This document shows positions 11,551 through 24,055 of a stretch of 64,000 bases of DNA, one piece after another. The translations under genes were made by a program, and so were the position numbers. Positions within the stretch are counted from its first letter, which is position 1, and each line of letters begins with the position of its first letter. Source of the stretch: Camelus dromedarius (taxonomy: Eukaryota); contig NC_087437.1 of NCBI RefSeq assembly GCF_036321535.1, positions 71,922,001 through 71,986,000 of the forward strand. Reading direction: 5' to 3'. Under the pieces are notes generated by a model. The model was not told where the DNA came from. It searched no databases and worked only from the letters and a program-made list of their open reading frames with translations.

Positions 11551-12139
11551 ATGAGACAGGGCAAAGAAGTTAGCCCTACCCCAAAAAATAAAAATCACCT
11601 TATCAAGTTCCCATCTAGATTGATCTGTGGATTCAATTCTGTGGACTTAAGGCCTTGGGATTCTGTGCTATACCTGACTCTGGGCTGGAAGGTCCAAATT
11701 CTTCATTTACCCTCAGCCCAACAGACAGAGAGGGCAGACGCAGCACCACCGTGCCCCTGAAGCTATCTGAAGACCTTTGACTCTGTTTGAACTGGTCTCT
11801 GCTGCCTGCCGTGGGCTGCACTCCCAGCCAAAGGCTCTGGTCTGAGGAAGGCCACGGAGTTGGTGGATGCAGACAGTTGAGGCTCAGGAAAGGCCTCCCT
11901 GCGCTCTCTGTGCATGTCCCTAAAGGTCATCCCTCTGTGGGAAGGCCAGTTAAAGAATTTCCAAAGTTCATTTTACTGTGAGGGCTGGAATTTATCCAGA
12001 GCCACCAAAGTGGTTGGACTCCTTTTGAGGAGGGTGCAGAGGTGGGAGAAGCAGATCCCTGCTGGATCCACGCCCCGTGCATGGGTCAGTTTGGGAACAA
12101 CCAGGATGGAAGAGCAAAGCTGTAAGACACCAGGACTCG

Positions 12140-12405
12140 TGGACTGGATGGGAAGGATGGCTACCATTTACTGTACACTTACTCTGCCCTGCACTGTCTG
12201 AAGGGCGGTGAACTATCTTAGCTCATTCAATCTCTGGAATGACCCTATTAAGTCAGCTACATTATTATACTCATTCACAGAAGAGGAAACGTAGCACAGA
12301 AAGATCAATAACTCGTTCAAGCTCAACAGCTACAGGGCACTGGAGCTCGAATCCAGACCCAGAGACAGTCTGATTCCGGAGGCTACATTCTTAACCTCTA
12401 TGGCT
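12140..12405 (-). mobile_element. MIR SINE
   Basis: ctcattcaatctct...attattatactcattcacagaagaggaaac...cagtctgattccggag. Confidence 0.75.
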
Positions 12406-12789
12406 TAGGACAAGGTGCCTGGATTCCCCCTCCTCCCAACCCACCCTGCAGGAACTTTAGCTCTGGGGTCACTGACTCAACAATGGTTTATAAGAAGTAC
12501 TTGCTGCCTGGTTTATAAGAAGTACTAACAATTGTAAACATTGTTCTAGTTTAAGTCTTTTACATTCACTCTTTCTCTGTCTCTTTCTTTATCTTAGAGA
12601 GCAAACATTTATCAAGAGCAAACATTTCACACTCCCCGACACAGATTTTGGGTATTTAGGGGTTACTTCTTCTGTAATTGCTCAGTGAGTGACCTGGAAG
12701 GTGGAGGAGGAGGTAGGAGAGGAGGGTGGGTTTCCCACAGGAAATCCTATAGGAAGTGGCAAGTGTCTAAGTGCAGGCTTGAGCTACAT

Positions 12790-12970
12790 GCAGTCCCATT
12801 TGTTACCTCATTTTCATCCCCCTAGCTGTCCTTTGACATAGGTGTTATCAGTGCAATTTTACAAATGAGGGAGGTTATGTAACTTGCCTGAGGTCACATT
12901 GCCTGTGTACAAAGAGCTGGGATCTGAACCCCAGAATGTCCCCCTCTGTGCCCAAGACACCATATGGAAC
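12790..12970 (-). mobile_element. MIR SINE
   Basis: ttttacaaatgagg...ggttatgtaacttgcctgaggtcaca...gagctgggatctgaacccca. Confidence 0.75.
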
Positions 12971-13285
12971 TCAGTGCAAAGCACAAGACAGAGGACTCCA
13001 AAGGCTCAGCCAGCAGGGCGGGGTGACCTGGCAGCGTCCTCCAGCTCAGGTTGAGCTCAGCCCTTCTGCCGTCCTGGGAGGAGTTCAGCGTTTGGTGTGT
13101 GGAGCAGAGAACTGGACAATCAAGACGCCATTATTTCTGGGTTCTGCTCCGCCAGAGGCCTGGGGCATGACAAGATGCTTAATGCAAAGTTTGGCATGCC
13201 GTCTCTTCTTGATTTAGGCCTCCTCCCAGGAGGGAATCCAGAGGCAGGGAGGGGAATATGAGAAAGGGAAAGGAAAAATAATAAG

Positions 13286-13520
13286 AGATAAGTGAGAAAA
13301 GAGAATATTTATAGGGCTTGGAACATCTAATGGAAACCAGCTGCCTGACGGGGTGGGGCTGGGGTGGGGGTGGGGTCTCTGGTTTTGCCTGCAAGGGATT
13401 ATTAGGACTGCTCTGGTATACACCTAGGTGTGAAGAGGGATGTCTGGGCAGAGAGGCGGGAGGCCGGCGCGGGGAGAGAGAGAGAGAGGGAGAGAGAGAG
13501 AAAGGCGGGAGGCCTGGGGG
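13286..13520. promoter_or_regulatory. Candidate promoter/enhancer module
   Basis: GATA AGATAAG (13286-13292), MEF2-like ATATTTATAG that is also TATAAATA on the minus strand (13305-13314), E-box CAGCTG (13338-13343), CACCC/G4 tract (13350-13375), GGCGGG boxes and a GA repeat. Motif evidence only. Confidence 0.4.
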
Positions 13521-14349
13521 AGGGCTGTGCACTCAGAACACTGGACATGAGAGAGCTGATATCCCTTTCTGGCCTCGCTCCACCCCCACCCCCTGCCTTC
13601 ATTTTAAACTGGAGCTGATTCAAACCTGCTGCTCTTGGAAAGAGGCCATCAGTACAGGCTCCAGCAGAAAGATGATCTGTGAGGAGATATGAGTGTGAGA
13701 GAGCAGGCCCATCAGAAAGAATGGGAAAATGAGACAAGGGAATGGAAAAGGTGAATCAGCAGGGGACGATGAAGGAGGGAGAGAGACTGAAAGATTCAGA
13801 TGTTGGCCTGAGTGTGGGCTGGAAGAGAAGGAGTGACTGAAAGCCTCGAGTTGGAGCAAATCCAAAGCTGATCCTTCTGGGCCCTGTTCTCTCTCCCACA
13901 GATCCAGAGGGATGCAATAAAGATGTGTCTGTTTGAGATTTCCCAGGTCTTTTTCGCATAAATCTGTGTTTTCTTCTTAATCAAGGTCTTCTGGACCACA
14001 AGTGTCATCCAAGTATTGTGTAAAGAACACTTAAAGACAGGAGGAGGTATCATTATTGGGAGAAGCTCTCATAGCTAAGGGCTGGAATCTGGGGCACACA
14101 TTTAGAAAGACAGCAGTCAGTCAACAATAAGGCACTTTCCAGGGGCCAATCTGTCCTGAAACTAGCTCCTCAAGTGTTGGACCCTACCTTTTATTTCTGG
14201 CTCTTACTTAGATTCTTTGGAGAGGATACATCCATGAACCATGGAATCGAGTACCATGTGTTTTTAATTGACATGAGTCCAACAGTAATGTTCAGAAAAG
14301 GAAAAAAAGGAAGAAAGGAGAGAGAGCTGTTCAACCAGTGAGGATGTTT

Positions 14350-15800
14350 TTCCCATCTGTCAACTCAATGAGGAGTGTTAGATGAGCTGAAACAAGAGAT
14401 GTGAATCTATTCTTCCTTTGGTCCATTTTGGTCTCAGTTCCCAGGTGTATCTCATAATAGGATCTGATTGTGTTTAAAGAAATAACTCATTTTATAAAAC
14501 ATGATCCTCTAAATGAAAGTCAGCCACTTTATATCCTACTCAACTGAAGGAAAACACCCACAAAATTATGCTGCGCCAGTTGAAGGATGGTGTAACAATG
14601 AAAGATGGTATAAAGATGGTGTAACAGCTTGTTGAAAGATGGTATAACAGGAAATTGAAGGGATTTTTCAAAAGTCATTTTAATTAGACTTTTTTCTCCC
14701 ACCTGAAAGTGCTGCCTCTAGACATCATTGTCCACTGGGGTTGGTGAGTGTGGAAATGTTGAGAGTACCTGGACTTACGGTTAGTTCATAGACTGCTCTC
14801 TCCTGATTATCCAGCAAGTCCACAGGTATGTAATAAATTGAGGAAGCTCCAAAGACCTTTGAACCCAGGCAGAGTATAAGAGGGGCCAGGGCACACTCCC
14901 TCAGCTGCGTGTACACTCAGCTTCTGTCCCTCAGTTTGAAATGAGTGGCTGCCTTGTCCTCCTACGGTGCCATCCTACATGGTACCATCCTGTGCATTGT
15001 CAGCATCTGACTGAAAAAGAGAAGCCTCACCATCTCAAGGGGGTCTTCTCTTGTGTTCATCCAACTCATTCACTTGTTGGTCCTCTTCACTAACTCAGCA
15101 ACAGATCTTCTGTGCCAGAAGGATTCGAGAGACAGTCAGTTCAAAGCCCATGCTAGCAAGAATGGCAGTTTTCCTTTAGGAAAGAATCATTACTACTTAT
15201 TTAAGAATTTCACGGGGAAAATAGGGCAGACTTCCAAATAAAAGGCAGGGATGTTGTCCCCTTTGGGAAGAAATTCCTGATCAAATTGTCAGCTAAGTTC
15301 TGTCGCAGGCAACCTCCCCACACTGGCAGATTACAGCTCTGTGGCTGCCTCATCTTGCCTGTGGATGCATCTGTCTTCCAGAAACGGTGTCCTTGGTCGG
15401 CCAGAGTTCATACGCTCCTGTGATTTGGAAAATGTCTATCCCATTAATTCAACCAGAAGTCACTTGATGCTGAGCGGAGAAGGCATTTTTGAAAGGACTT
15501 AAGTCTCCCTAGTTTGACTTCCACGTCAGACTGCTGCTGGTTGGGTCCTCCTTCTTCAAGACTCATCCGGAAAGTGATTCTCAACCTTTTAAAGTAATGC
15601 TCGACGAGATGCTTTGACATTTTATAATTCTGTGTGCTGGTCTCTGTTGGTTTGGTACTTTTTCATCCATTATGTTCCATCTTTTCCAGGTCATTCTTTA
15701 TATATTCTTTTAAATTTTTACTTATTTCTCAGTAGACCCACTGCCTTTTTAAGAAACAATGAGCCATCTCTATTTGTGTCTTGATGAGCTGTCAGAGACA
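14350..15800 (-). mobile_element. Ancient R4/Dong-clade LINE fossil (Mam_R4-like), RT region
   Basis: Colinear hand-translated minus-strand motifs: FWLN*W (15458-15441), PKGDNIPAFYL (15267-15235), GKLPFLLAW (15174-15148), ECALAPLILCL (14898-14866), HNFVGV (about 14572-14555), LNT...PIMRYT...KWTK (14477-14417). May extend to about 16500. Confidence 0.6.
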
Positions 15801-16639
15801 TCGCCTGCCATCCCTTCCATCCTATGACCAGTCCTCTCTTTTCTAAACTTTCTCCTTTTGTTTTGTCATTTATATGTGTTTTGCACAGAATGCTAGATGT
15901 AAGTGAATCTCTGTGATTGTGCTAGTCAGTGAGTGTTAGTAGGAAAACATAATTCATATTTTTCAATGGTGATAACATATGGGACATTGGCCTTTGAACT
16001 TACTCTTACCACGAGCGTTGGTCTAAATGGAAACACTACTTCAGGCAGTCTAGCATACCCAGATGTCAATTTGAATAAGAGGTCCTCACTACTCTAGAAC
16101 TGGAAAACATACGGGTCCCACATACTATGTGGGACATGGTTTTTCATGGCCTACATTTAGGTCCTAGAGAAAGCTGACTGCCTTTAAAGCGATTAAGTAC
16201 CTCCACTGTGACAACTCAGATTGTGGGAAACTCCAGGGGTACACTGATCTGGGTGTGAGGTGACTTTTTTAAGGATCCACTACCATTTCCACTGGGTGAA
16301 CGGCCAATGATAGTGATAAGGAAAACATGAGCAGTGGCAGATTTGGGTATAAGAGACGAGTATAATTTGGCTCAGTGATTGAATCAGCTCTAAGTGTATT
16401 TAACCACACCTCTAGCCAGTCAACATTTCTTCATTTGATTTGAAAATTTCATGGAGGTTTTGCCAGATTATTTGCAGATAAACCTTTTCCTAAACATTCC
16501 CTGATCTACCAGCCTGAACCATAGAATGCTCACTCCTATCTAGAGACTCCCAAACAATCACGGATGGAGGTGGAATGGTGCGGGGAAGCTGAAGGTTGTG
16601 AGAAGTGTTGCACCAAACACTGAGTTCCCGCCATAGATC

Positions 16640-16990
16640 CTCCCGGTCTGACCCTTCCACACACTGGCTCCTAACATATTCTTACATTCTCTTCTCCTTG
16701 TGCAGTCTCTCCAACCTGAAATTCCCGCACTTCTCTTTGCATAACTGAGTCCTGCTCATTCTTCAAGACTCAAGTTCATTTCCTGTTCCTCTGTGAAGTT
16801 TTCCTTGCCTATGCAGTTTGCCATAATTTCCCTTCCAACAGCTTGTAGTGCCTATTTTGTCCTCCTTCTGAGGTTTCTGTACCATCTAGTATTCTGCGCT
16901 AGGTTTCTGAGTGTTTAAGAGCCAGCCAGTGTGAATGGGTTCTGTAATACTCCCAACAGAGAAGATGTCAAGTAATCATACTGGACATGG
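16640..16990 (+). mobile_element. L2 fragment
   Basis: tcctgctcattcttcaagactcaagttc...cctctgtgaagttttccttg is an L2 body motif. Confidence 0.65.
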
Positions 16991-17854
16991 AAGAGAGAAT
17001 TGTGGGGCTGGGGGACTCTTACAAGAATGGATCACCGAGGTGCTCTTCCCTCATAGGAAAGATATTTAGCACAGACAGCATCCTTCTTTTCCTTCTCCCT
17101 TCTTTATCCCAGAGGGAGGAATGAGCAGATCCAGGCTTGAACCCAAAAAGACCAGGCTGATGGACTGAGATGGGGAAGACTGAGCTGAGCTGTAGTAAGG
17201 TGTTTGCAGTTTATAAACAAGTCCTGACATTCCAACTTGGCTGTTGTTAAACAGTGTTATCAGCCCAGAGAAAGTTCTCAGAGATACATCAAAGCCCCAG
17301 GCTAAACTGCAGAGCAGGCAAAACTCCTCCCACCCCCGCAGTTCCCCAACACCCTGGACACCCCCAGCCCTCATACTAACCTCTTTGGGCTTTCATCCTT
17401 TGTCTCTAACTGTGCTGATCACCATAAGAAACCTACAAGGGGAAGTTAGCCTTTCCTCCTACTCCCCGGGTACTGATCTCTTCAGACCAGTAAGATGTGG
17501 GTGATAATTGGTTTCATCTCTCCAGGAGGTATTCTGGACTAAATGCTCCACTAAAGTGGTGTAATTTGGTAGTGGACATATTGAGGGGCTAAAGACTTTG
17601 TCTCTCTCTATCTGTTGCTCTCCGTTTCCCAAAACTAGACTTTGAATAAAACACCAAGATTATGGATTCTATGACTTAGCATTTGGCTTCCTTTCTCCCA
17701 GACCTCCTTGTCCCTTCCTCTTGCAACCAGCCAAAGAGTCACCCTCGTGGGAAAGACAGAGTTGGCACAGAGACTACTGGAAGCTACAGGTGATCCCCAA
17801 ACAGAGCATCTCCTGAATGTCTTATTAATGCAAGCTTCAATAAGGACTATCTCT

Positions 17855-18650
17855 CATAGGGTCCCGAAAGCTTCGGAAGGGACTTCCATTTTCTCGTCTA
17901 CCATCCAGTGCTGGATAACCTTCTACAACAACCTCAATTGGCAGCAGCCAGCTTTGGATGAAATACTTCCTCTGAGGGGAAGTTTAGTTCTTTCCAAGGC
18001 AGCCTGTTCCATTGTCCAACAGCTGTACTTGTTGGAAAGCTCTTTTTATATAAAACAGAAGTTCAGTCCCAGTTTTACATTTTAAGGGATGTGGAATAGA
18101 GTTCCTCTTCTCCATGACAACCCTTCAAATTACTGAAAGGCAGTTGTGGTTCTCACCACTCCTCTACTTCCCTCCCCACCCCCCCACCCCCCACACACAG
18201 GCAAATACACTCCTCTAGGTTAGACATTTACATTCCCTTGATGCTTCTCATCTGACACGGTTTTAGACTTTACTACGTGTGATTACTACCCTTGAAATGT
18301 ATCTGAATGTTTGACTTTGTCAATATCTCTTTTAACGTTTGGCCCTCAAGACTGGCTATGTTCCAGTTCTAGAAATGTGCTGGTGTTGAGGCTCTTCCCT
18401 CCCTTGATCTTGATTTGACTGCAGTTAAGTATTTATTATTTACCTGGTATGTGGCCGGCTCATCCATTAACAAAGAACCTGTCTTCAAGGAATTCTTTTC
18501 TCATCCACTGGGTAACAGTAGCTCACACTGAGACTGTTTAGCTATTAAAAACCCCAAAAGTTCTTTGCTACAAGAACCTTCATCACCCAAAGTATCCCCA
18601 TCCTATTTTATACAAACATAATTCATGTTTACCTATGGCTTTTCCCCCTT
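17855..18650 (-). mobile_element. L3/CR1 LINE fragment
   Basis: ccaaggcagcctgttccattgtccaacagctgt...ggaaagctctttt...ccatgacaacccttcaaatta is the CR1 3' region in antisense. Confidence 0.7.
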
Positions 18651-18749
18651 GTTATTAGGCAGATATTTTTTCCTTTTCAATTATGGGCTTCTCTGGAGTC
18701 AGGTAAGAGCTGAGTGATGATGGTCCTCCCTGCTTTCATTCATTTGATG

Positions 18750-19146
18750 GATTTATTAGTTAAAGTAGGCTGAACTACTGCTACAAATACACCCCGAATG
18801 TATAAAGGCTCGAACACAATAGAAGTTTGTATCTCATATAACTGTTCAAGGCGGGTGCTTCTGGCTGGAGCACAGCTCTTTTCCATAAGGTGGTTAAGGA
18901 ACCCAGGCTTCTTAGACCTTGTGACTCTGCCAGCCCTTAGTGCTACATCATCCAGCCCACAGGAAGAGCGTGGAAGAGCAGAGAAGAATTTTTACAGGCC
19001 AGGCCTGTAAAGGGTATACAACACTTCCACCCATGGCATTGGAAAGAATTTAGTTACATGTCTCTATTTAACTGCAAGGAAGACTGGGAAATGTAGTCTA
19101 GCCATGTGCCCAGGAAGGAGGGGACAGTAACTTGTATACTAACACA
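18750..19146 (-). mobile_element. MaLR LTR (MLT1K/L-like)
   Basis: ggaacccaggcttctt...cttgtgactctgcc...aactgcaaggaagactgggaaatgtagtctagccatgtgcccaggaagga. Confidence 0.75.
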
Positions 19147-20139
19147 ATGACATAATTCTATTTCTATTTTTTACCACTGTTGTCCATAGCCCTAGCTTAA
19201 TTTCTATAACACTTCTGTAACTCCTGAGGTATGTTGTTGGATGACCACTGCAGTGAAGGTTAGTTAGGTGTGTGGTACTAGCTCAGGGCAAGGACTTGGG
19301 GGTAAGTGAGCAGAGAGACCCAAGAGGTAGCATCCTAGCCGCTGATGAACTTAAGAGAACTGGAAGAGACTGAGGGCGGGAGGCCAGAGATGACTGGGAG
19401 GGTGAGGACAGGGGCCCCGTGTGGAGGTTAATTGTAATAGTGAAAGAGGCAGAAGACTGAGACAGGAAGAAACGGGAAGATAGATCATTCAGGTTCGGGA
19501 GGACTTTTCAATGCCCCAGTCATGGCCAAGCACATTATACCCCTAATACTCCGTGTCTCCCAGGAAGTTTCCAAATGGCGACGCTAATACTGATAATCAA
19601 TAGGTGCACGGTTCCCTCACCCACCTGTTTCTCCTCCTTGTCCCCGCCAGGGCAACGCTGTCTGTCCTCCTCAGATCTGACCTCAGGGATCACCTCCTGT
19701 GTTCACCTGGAGACCAGGCCTTCTGCTCATTTCTTCATACTCATTAGGGCAGTTTCAGCTCCCAGCACTGGATTGTTAGCCTTCTTGGCTCACCAACTTT
19801 AAAAAAAAAAATAATAATATATTTCACAGTCTTCTAGTATGGTTGGGAGGAACACAGGAGATAAATCACTTAAAAAGGTGTTTCAAAAGCTGAGGAGAAC
19901 CATACAAATGCAATGTATAATCACTGTGTTGATCCCAAAGGTGGTCAGTCCCCTGCTCCTTGGAGCATAGCCCCTCAGAGATGGGTTCTTGTGATATGTG
20001 CGCAAAAGGCCCTGACTTTTGGATCCTCAGCTTACTGATGGTGCAAACAGACAAAGTTTGGCAGCCACAAGTGACTTACTTCAGGCACATTTATCTGGTT
20101 TGGCTCTTAGCTAGTTTGTTTACATGTGGTGGAGTCTGC

Positions 20140-20235
20140 ACACAGGGCTGGGAGTCAGGCTCTCCAGATCTCTAATCCCTGCTCAGCTTCTAGCCTGCTG
20201 TGTGGCCTTGGTAACCTGCTAAACATCTCTGTGCC
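20140..20235 (+). mobile_element. MIR fragment
   Basis: ggctgggagtcagg...tctaatccctgctc...gctgtgtggccttgg...aacatctctgtgcc. Confidence 0.7.
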
Positions 20236-20343
20236 AGCTGGGTTTTAACCATCACCTCCAAGTCATGCTGATTTGTCTAAAAGGTGTTTTGCCAGGATGA
20301 ACTGATTATTACCACTATACTGATGTAAAAAGGCTGACACAAG

Positions 20344-23300
20344 GACTTCTGGTTTCCTGTCCAGCATGTAAGACGCTCAGAAGCCATTGCTCGGTCCGAA
20401 CAACAAGTGAAAAGCTAAACAAACTGAGAAATCAACAACTCTTCTTAGATCAATCAGAGAAGTAAGATCACAGAGCAAACTGCTGCCCCCAAATTGGAGA
20501 CACAGACAAACTGATATGGAGAATCACAGCTTACTGGATAGGAACCCAGGAGCAGCAACTTCTGAGGGAACCATTACCAGAGCAGGAAAACCTGAGCTGT
20601 ACCAGATGAATGCTGGAAGCTCAGGGTGCACGAGCCTGAGAGATAAAAACTCCAGGGGGATGCCAGTCATGGTGGGGGGTGGGCATGGAGGAAAGTAACC
20701 CTCACACTTTTGTCTTTTGTGACTTTTAACTCCAGAAGCTGTACCAGGTGCTCACAGTAAGGACCAGAGAATAATCTCTTTGTGCTTTAGGCAGGGGGAC
20801 ATATTTTGAAATACATCCACACATTCTGTTCTTTTTATTAAAGCCTGCCCTCAGGAGAAACCTTTTTTTTTGGCCAGGGCCTAACCTACTGGTATTATCA
20901 GAGCCTAACATACATGGAGGAAAGAAAATATACCCCTCCAGACTCCCACATGAAGGAAGGGAAATACAAAAGCCCAGCCCCCTCTACCCATCCTGTTCCA
21001 CCAAAGGGAGGAAAAAAGCAGCACTAGTGAATTTCTGGGGGCACAGGTTCACCAGAAGACTGAGAGCTAATTGTAAGACTACAGAACACTTCCCTCCCTC
21101 TCACACCTAACCACTACATTATTAAAGGCCTACTTATTGCAGTTTCTTTTACCCAGTACATCGTATCTATTTTTCAACAAAAAATTACAAGACATACTAA
21201 AAGGCAAAAAACACAATTTGAAGAGACAGAGCAAGTGTCAGAACCAGACTCAGATACTGGCAGGGATGTTGGAATGGTCAGACCATGAATTTAAAACAAT
21301 TATGATTAATATGCTAAGGGCTCTAATGGATAAAGTAGACAACATGCAAGAACAGCTGGGTAATCTAATCAGAGATGGACATTCTAAGAAAGAATCAAAA
21401 AGCAATGCCAGAGATTGAAAATGCTATAAAAGGAATGAAAAACTGCCTTTGATGGTCTCATCAGTAGACTGGACATGACTAAGGAAAGAGCTTCTGTGCT
21501 TGAGCGTACATCAATAGAAACTTCCAAAACTGAAAAGCAAAGAGGAAAAAAGGCTGCAAAAACAAAGGATGGAGTATCCAAAAATAGGGGGCTAACTACA
21601 GAAGGTGTACCACACACTTAACGGGAATGCCAGAAGGAGAAGAAAGAGACGAAGGACAGAAGAAATACTTGAAGTAATAATGACTAAGAATTTCCCCAGA
21701 TGAAAGACAGACACCAAACGACAGACCCAGGAAGCTAAGAGAACACCAAGCAAATTAAATAACAAAACACTACACCATATTCAAACTGCAGAAAAATAAA
21801 GATAAAGAAGCCAGAGGGAAAAAACACACATTACCTCTATAGAAGCAAAAATAAGAATTACATCTGATTTCTCACAAACAGTGTAATCAAGAAGAGAGTG
21901 GAGTGAAATATTTCAAGTGTTGAGAGAAATAACTCACAGACCAGAATTCTGTGAGTTATTTCTCACCACTCTGAAACTGTCTTTCAAAAGTGAAGGAGAA
22001 ATAAAGGCTTTATCAAAGAAATAAAAATCAAAGGAATTTGTTGCCAGTAGATCTGTCTTGTAAGAAATGTTAAAAGAAGTTCTTCAGGGAGAAGGAAAAT
22101 GATACAAGTCAGAACTTGGGCCTACACAAAGAAAGAGTATTAGAGAATGAAAAATGAAGGTAAAATAAAAACTTTTATTTTTCTTATTCTTAATTGATGT
22201 AATGTTAACAGTTTGGTCAAAATAATAAATAGATACAGTTATTTGATTATGAATACTTATGTATATATACATATACTTATGTATGCATATATAAATGAAA
22301 TGAATTATTATAAAATATTTGTACTACCCATGAAATATTACACTGTTATTTGAAAGCATACTTGGTTTAGCTGTAAATGCATATCAAAAATTCAAGGGCA
22401 ACCAGGAAAAAATTTTTAAAAATAAATATAATTGATATACCAAGAAAAGAGATTAAAATGAAGTCATAAAAAATGCTTAATTAAAACCACAAAAGGCAAA
22501 AAAACAGTGGAAGATATAATAGGAACAAAGAAAAAAGGCAGCAAATAGAAAATAATAAATATGTTAGACATTAATCCAACTACATAAATCACTGTAAATG
22601 TCAACAGTCTAAACATACTAAAAGACAGATTTTCAGAGTGCATATAAAGTGAGACCCAACTATACTGTTGTCTAGGGAGCCTACTTTAAATATAAAGACG
22701 TATATAGGTTACAGGTAAAAAGAGAGAAAGACAGTACATGCTCACAGTCATCAAGAGGAAGCAGAAGTAGTTATATTAATTTCAGATACAATAGACTACT
22801 GAGAAAAAAGTTTCCAGTGATGAAGAGGGGTTTTACTTAATGATATAGGTAGGGGTCAATTCTCCAAGAAGTCATAACAATCCTTCATATGTTATGTCTT
22901 TGGTCTTGGACCCATGAAATAAATATTTGAAAAGCCGAACCTCATTAAAATTAAAAACTTCCGCTCTGAGAAAGACAACATGGAGAGAATGTGAAGACAA
23001 GGCATAGACTGGGAGAAAATATTTGGAGAACATCTGAAAAAGGACTGTCACCCAAAATAAACATAGAACTCTCAACACTCAACAATAAGAAAACAAACAA
23101 CTCCATTAAAAAATAGGCCAAAGACCTCAAAGACACCTCACTGAGGAAGATACACAGATGGCAAATAAGCATATGAAAAGACGCTCCATACAAGTCATCA
23201 GGGGATTGCAAATTAAAGTAACAATAAGATACAACAATATACCTACTAGACTGGCCAAAATCTGGAACACTGACAGCATCAAACTGCTGGTGAGGATGTG

Positions 23301-24055
23301 GAGCAAAAGAAACTCTCATACATTGCTGGTGGGAATGCAAAATTATAGCCATTTTAGAAGGCTGTTTGGCTATTTTTTCCAAAACTAAACATACTCTTAC
23401 CATAGGGTCCAGAAATTGTGCTCCTTGGTATTTACCCAAAGGAACTGAAAACTTATGTCCACACAAAACACAGATGTTTATAGCAGCTCTATTCGTAATA
23501 GCAACCAAGATGGTTTTCATTAGGTGAAGAGATAAGTAAACTGATAACCTAGATAATGGAATATTACTCAACTCTAAAACAAATGAGCTATTATGCCATG
23601 TAAAGATAGAGAGGAATCTTAAATGAATATTTCTAAATGAAAGAAAAAATTTGAAAAGGCTACACACTGTGTGACTCCAACCACATGACATTCTGGAAAA
23701 AGAAAAATTATGGAGACAGTAAAAAGGTAAGTGGTTGCCAGGGGTTAGGGGAGAGAGGGATGCATAGGCAAACCAAGAGGATTTTTAGGGCAGAGAAACT
23801 ATTTTGTCTATTACACTTGTCAAAGCCCACAGAATGTACAACATCAAGAACAGACTCTAATGTTAACTATCGACTTTAGGTGAACTGTGTTAGTGTAGAT
23901 TCAATAACTGTACCCCTGGGGTGCAGGATGTTGATACTGGGGGAGATTGCACATGTGTGAGGAAAGGTTGTATACAGGAAATCTCTGTCCTTTCCAGTCA
24001 ATTTTGTTGTGAACCTAAAATTGCTTTAATAAAAAACAAAGTTTATTTTAAAAAT
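20344..24055 (+). mobile_element. L1MC-type LINE with 5' end, ORF1, ORF2 start and 3' end, but a large internal ORF2 deletion
   Basis: The 5' end resembles L1MCa and the 3' UTR resembles L1MC1. ORF1 remnants (EFKTIMINMLRALMDKVDNMQEQ; EWSEIFQVLRE...FKSEGEIK). ORF2 endonuclease start near 22561, jumping to the ORF2 C-terminus near 22900. Degraded TSD (11/15) at 20329-20343 / 24056-24070. Confidence 0.85.

Noticed and set aside
14581..14662. CRISPR-like repeat array
   Set aside because: Irregular, degenerate units without unique spacers, in mammalian DNA.
21137..21418. 93-aa ORF as a host gene
   Set aside because: It is a fragment of L1 ORF1.
22951..23691. Longest ORF in the track (246 aa, minus strand)
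   Set aside because: It is the antisense reading of L1 ORF2/3' UTR and has no independent domain features.
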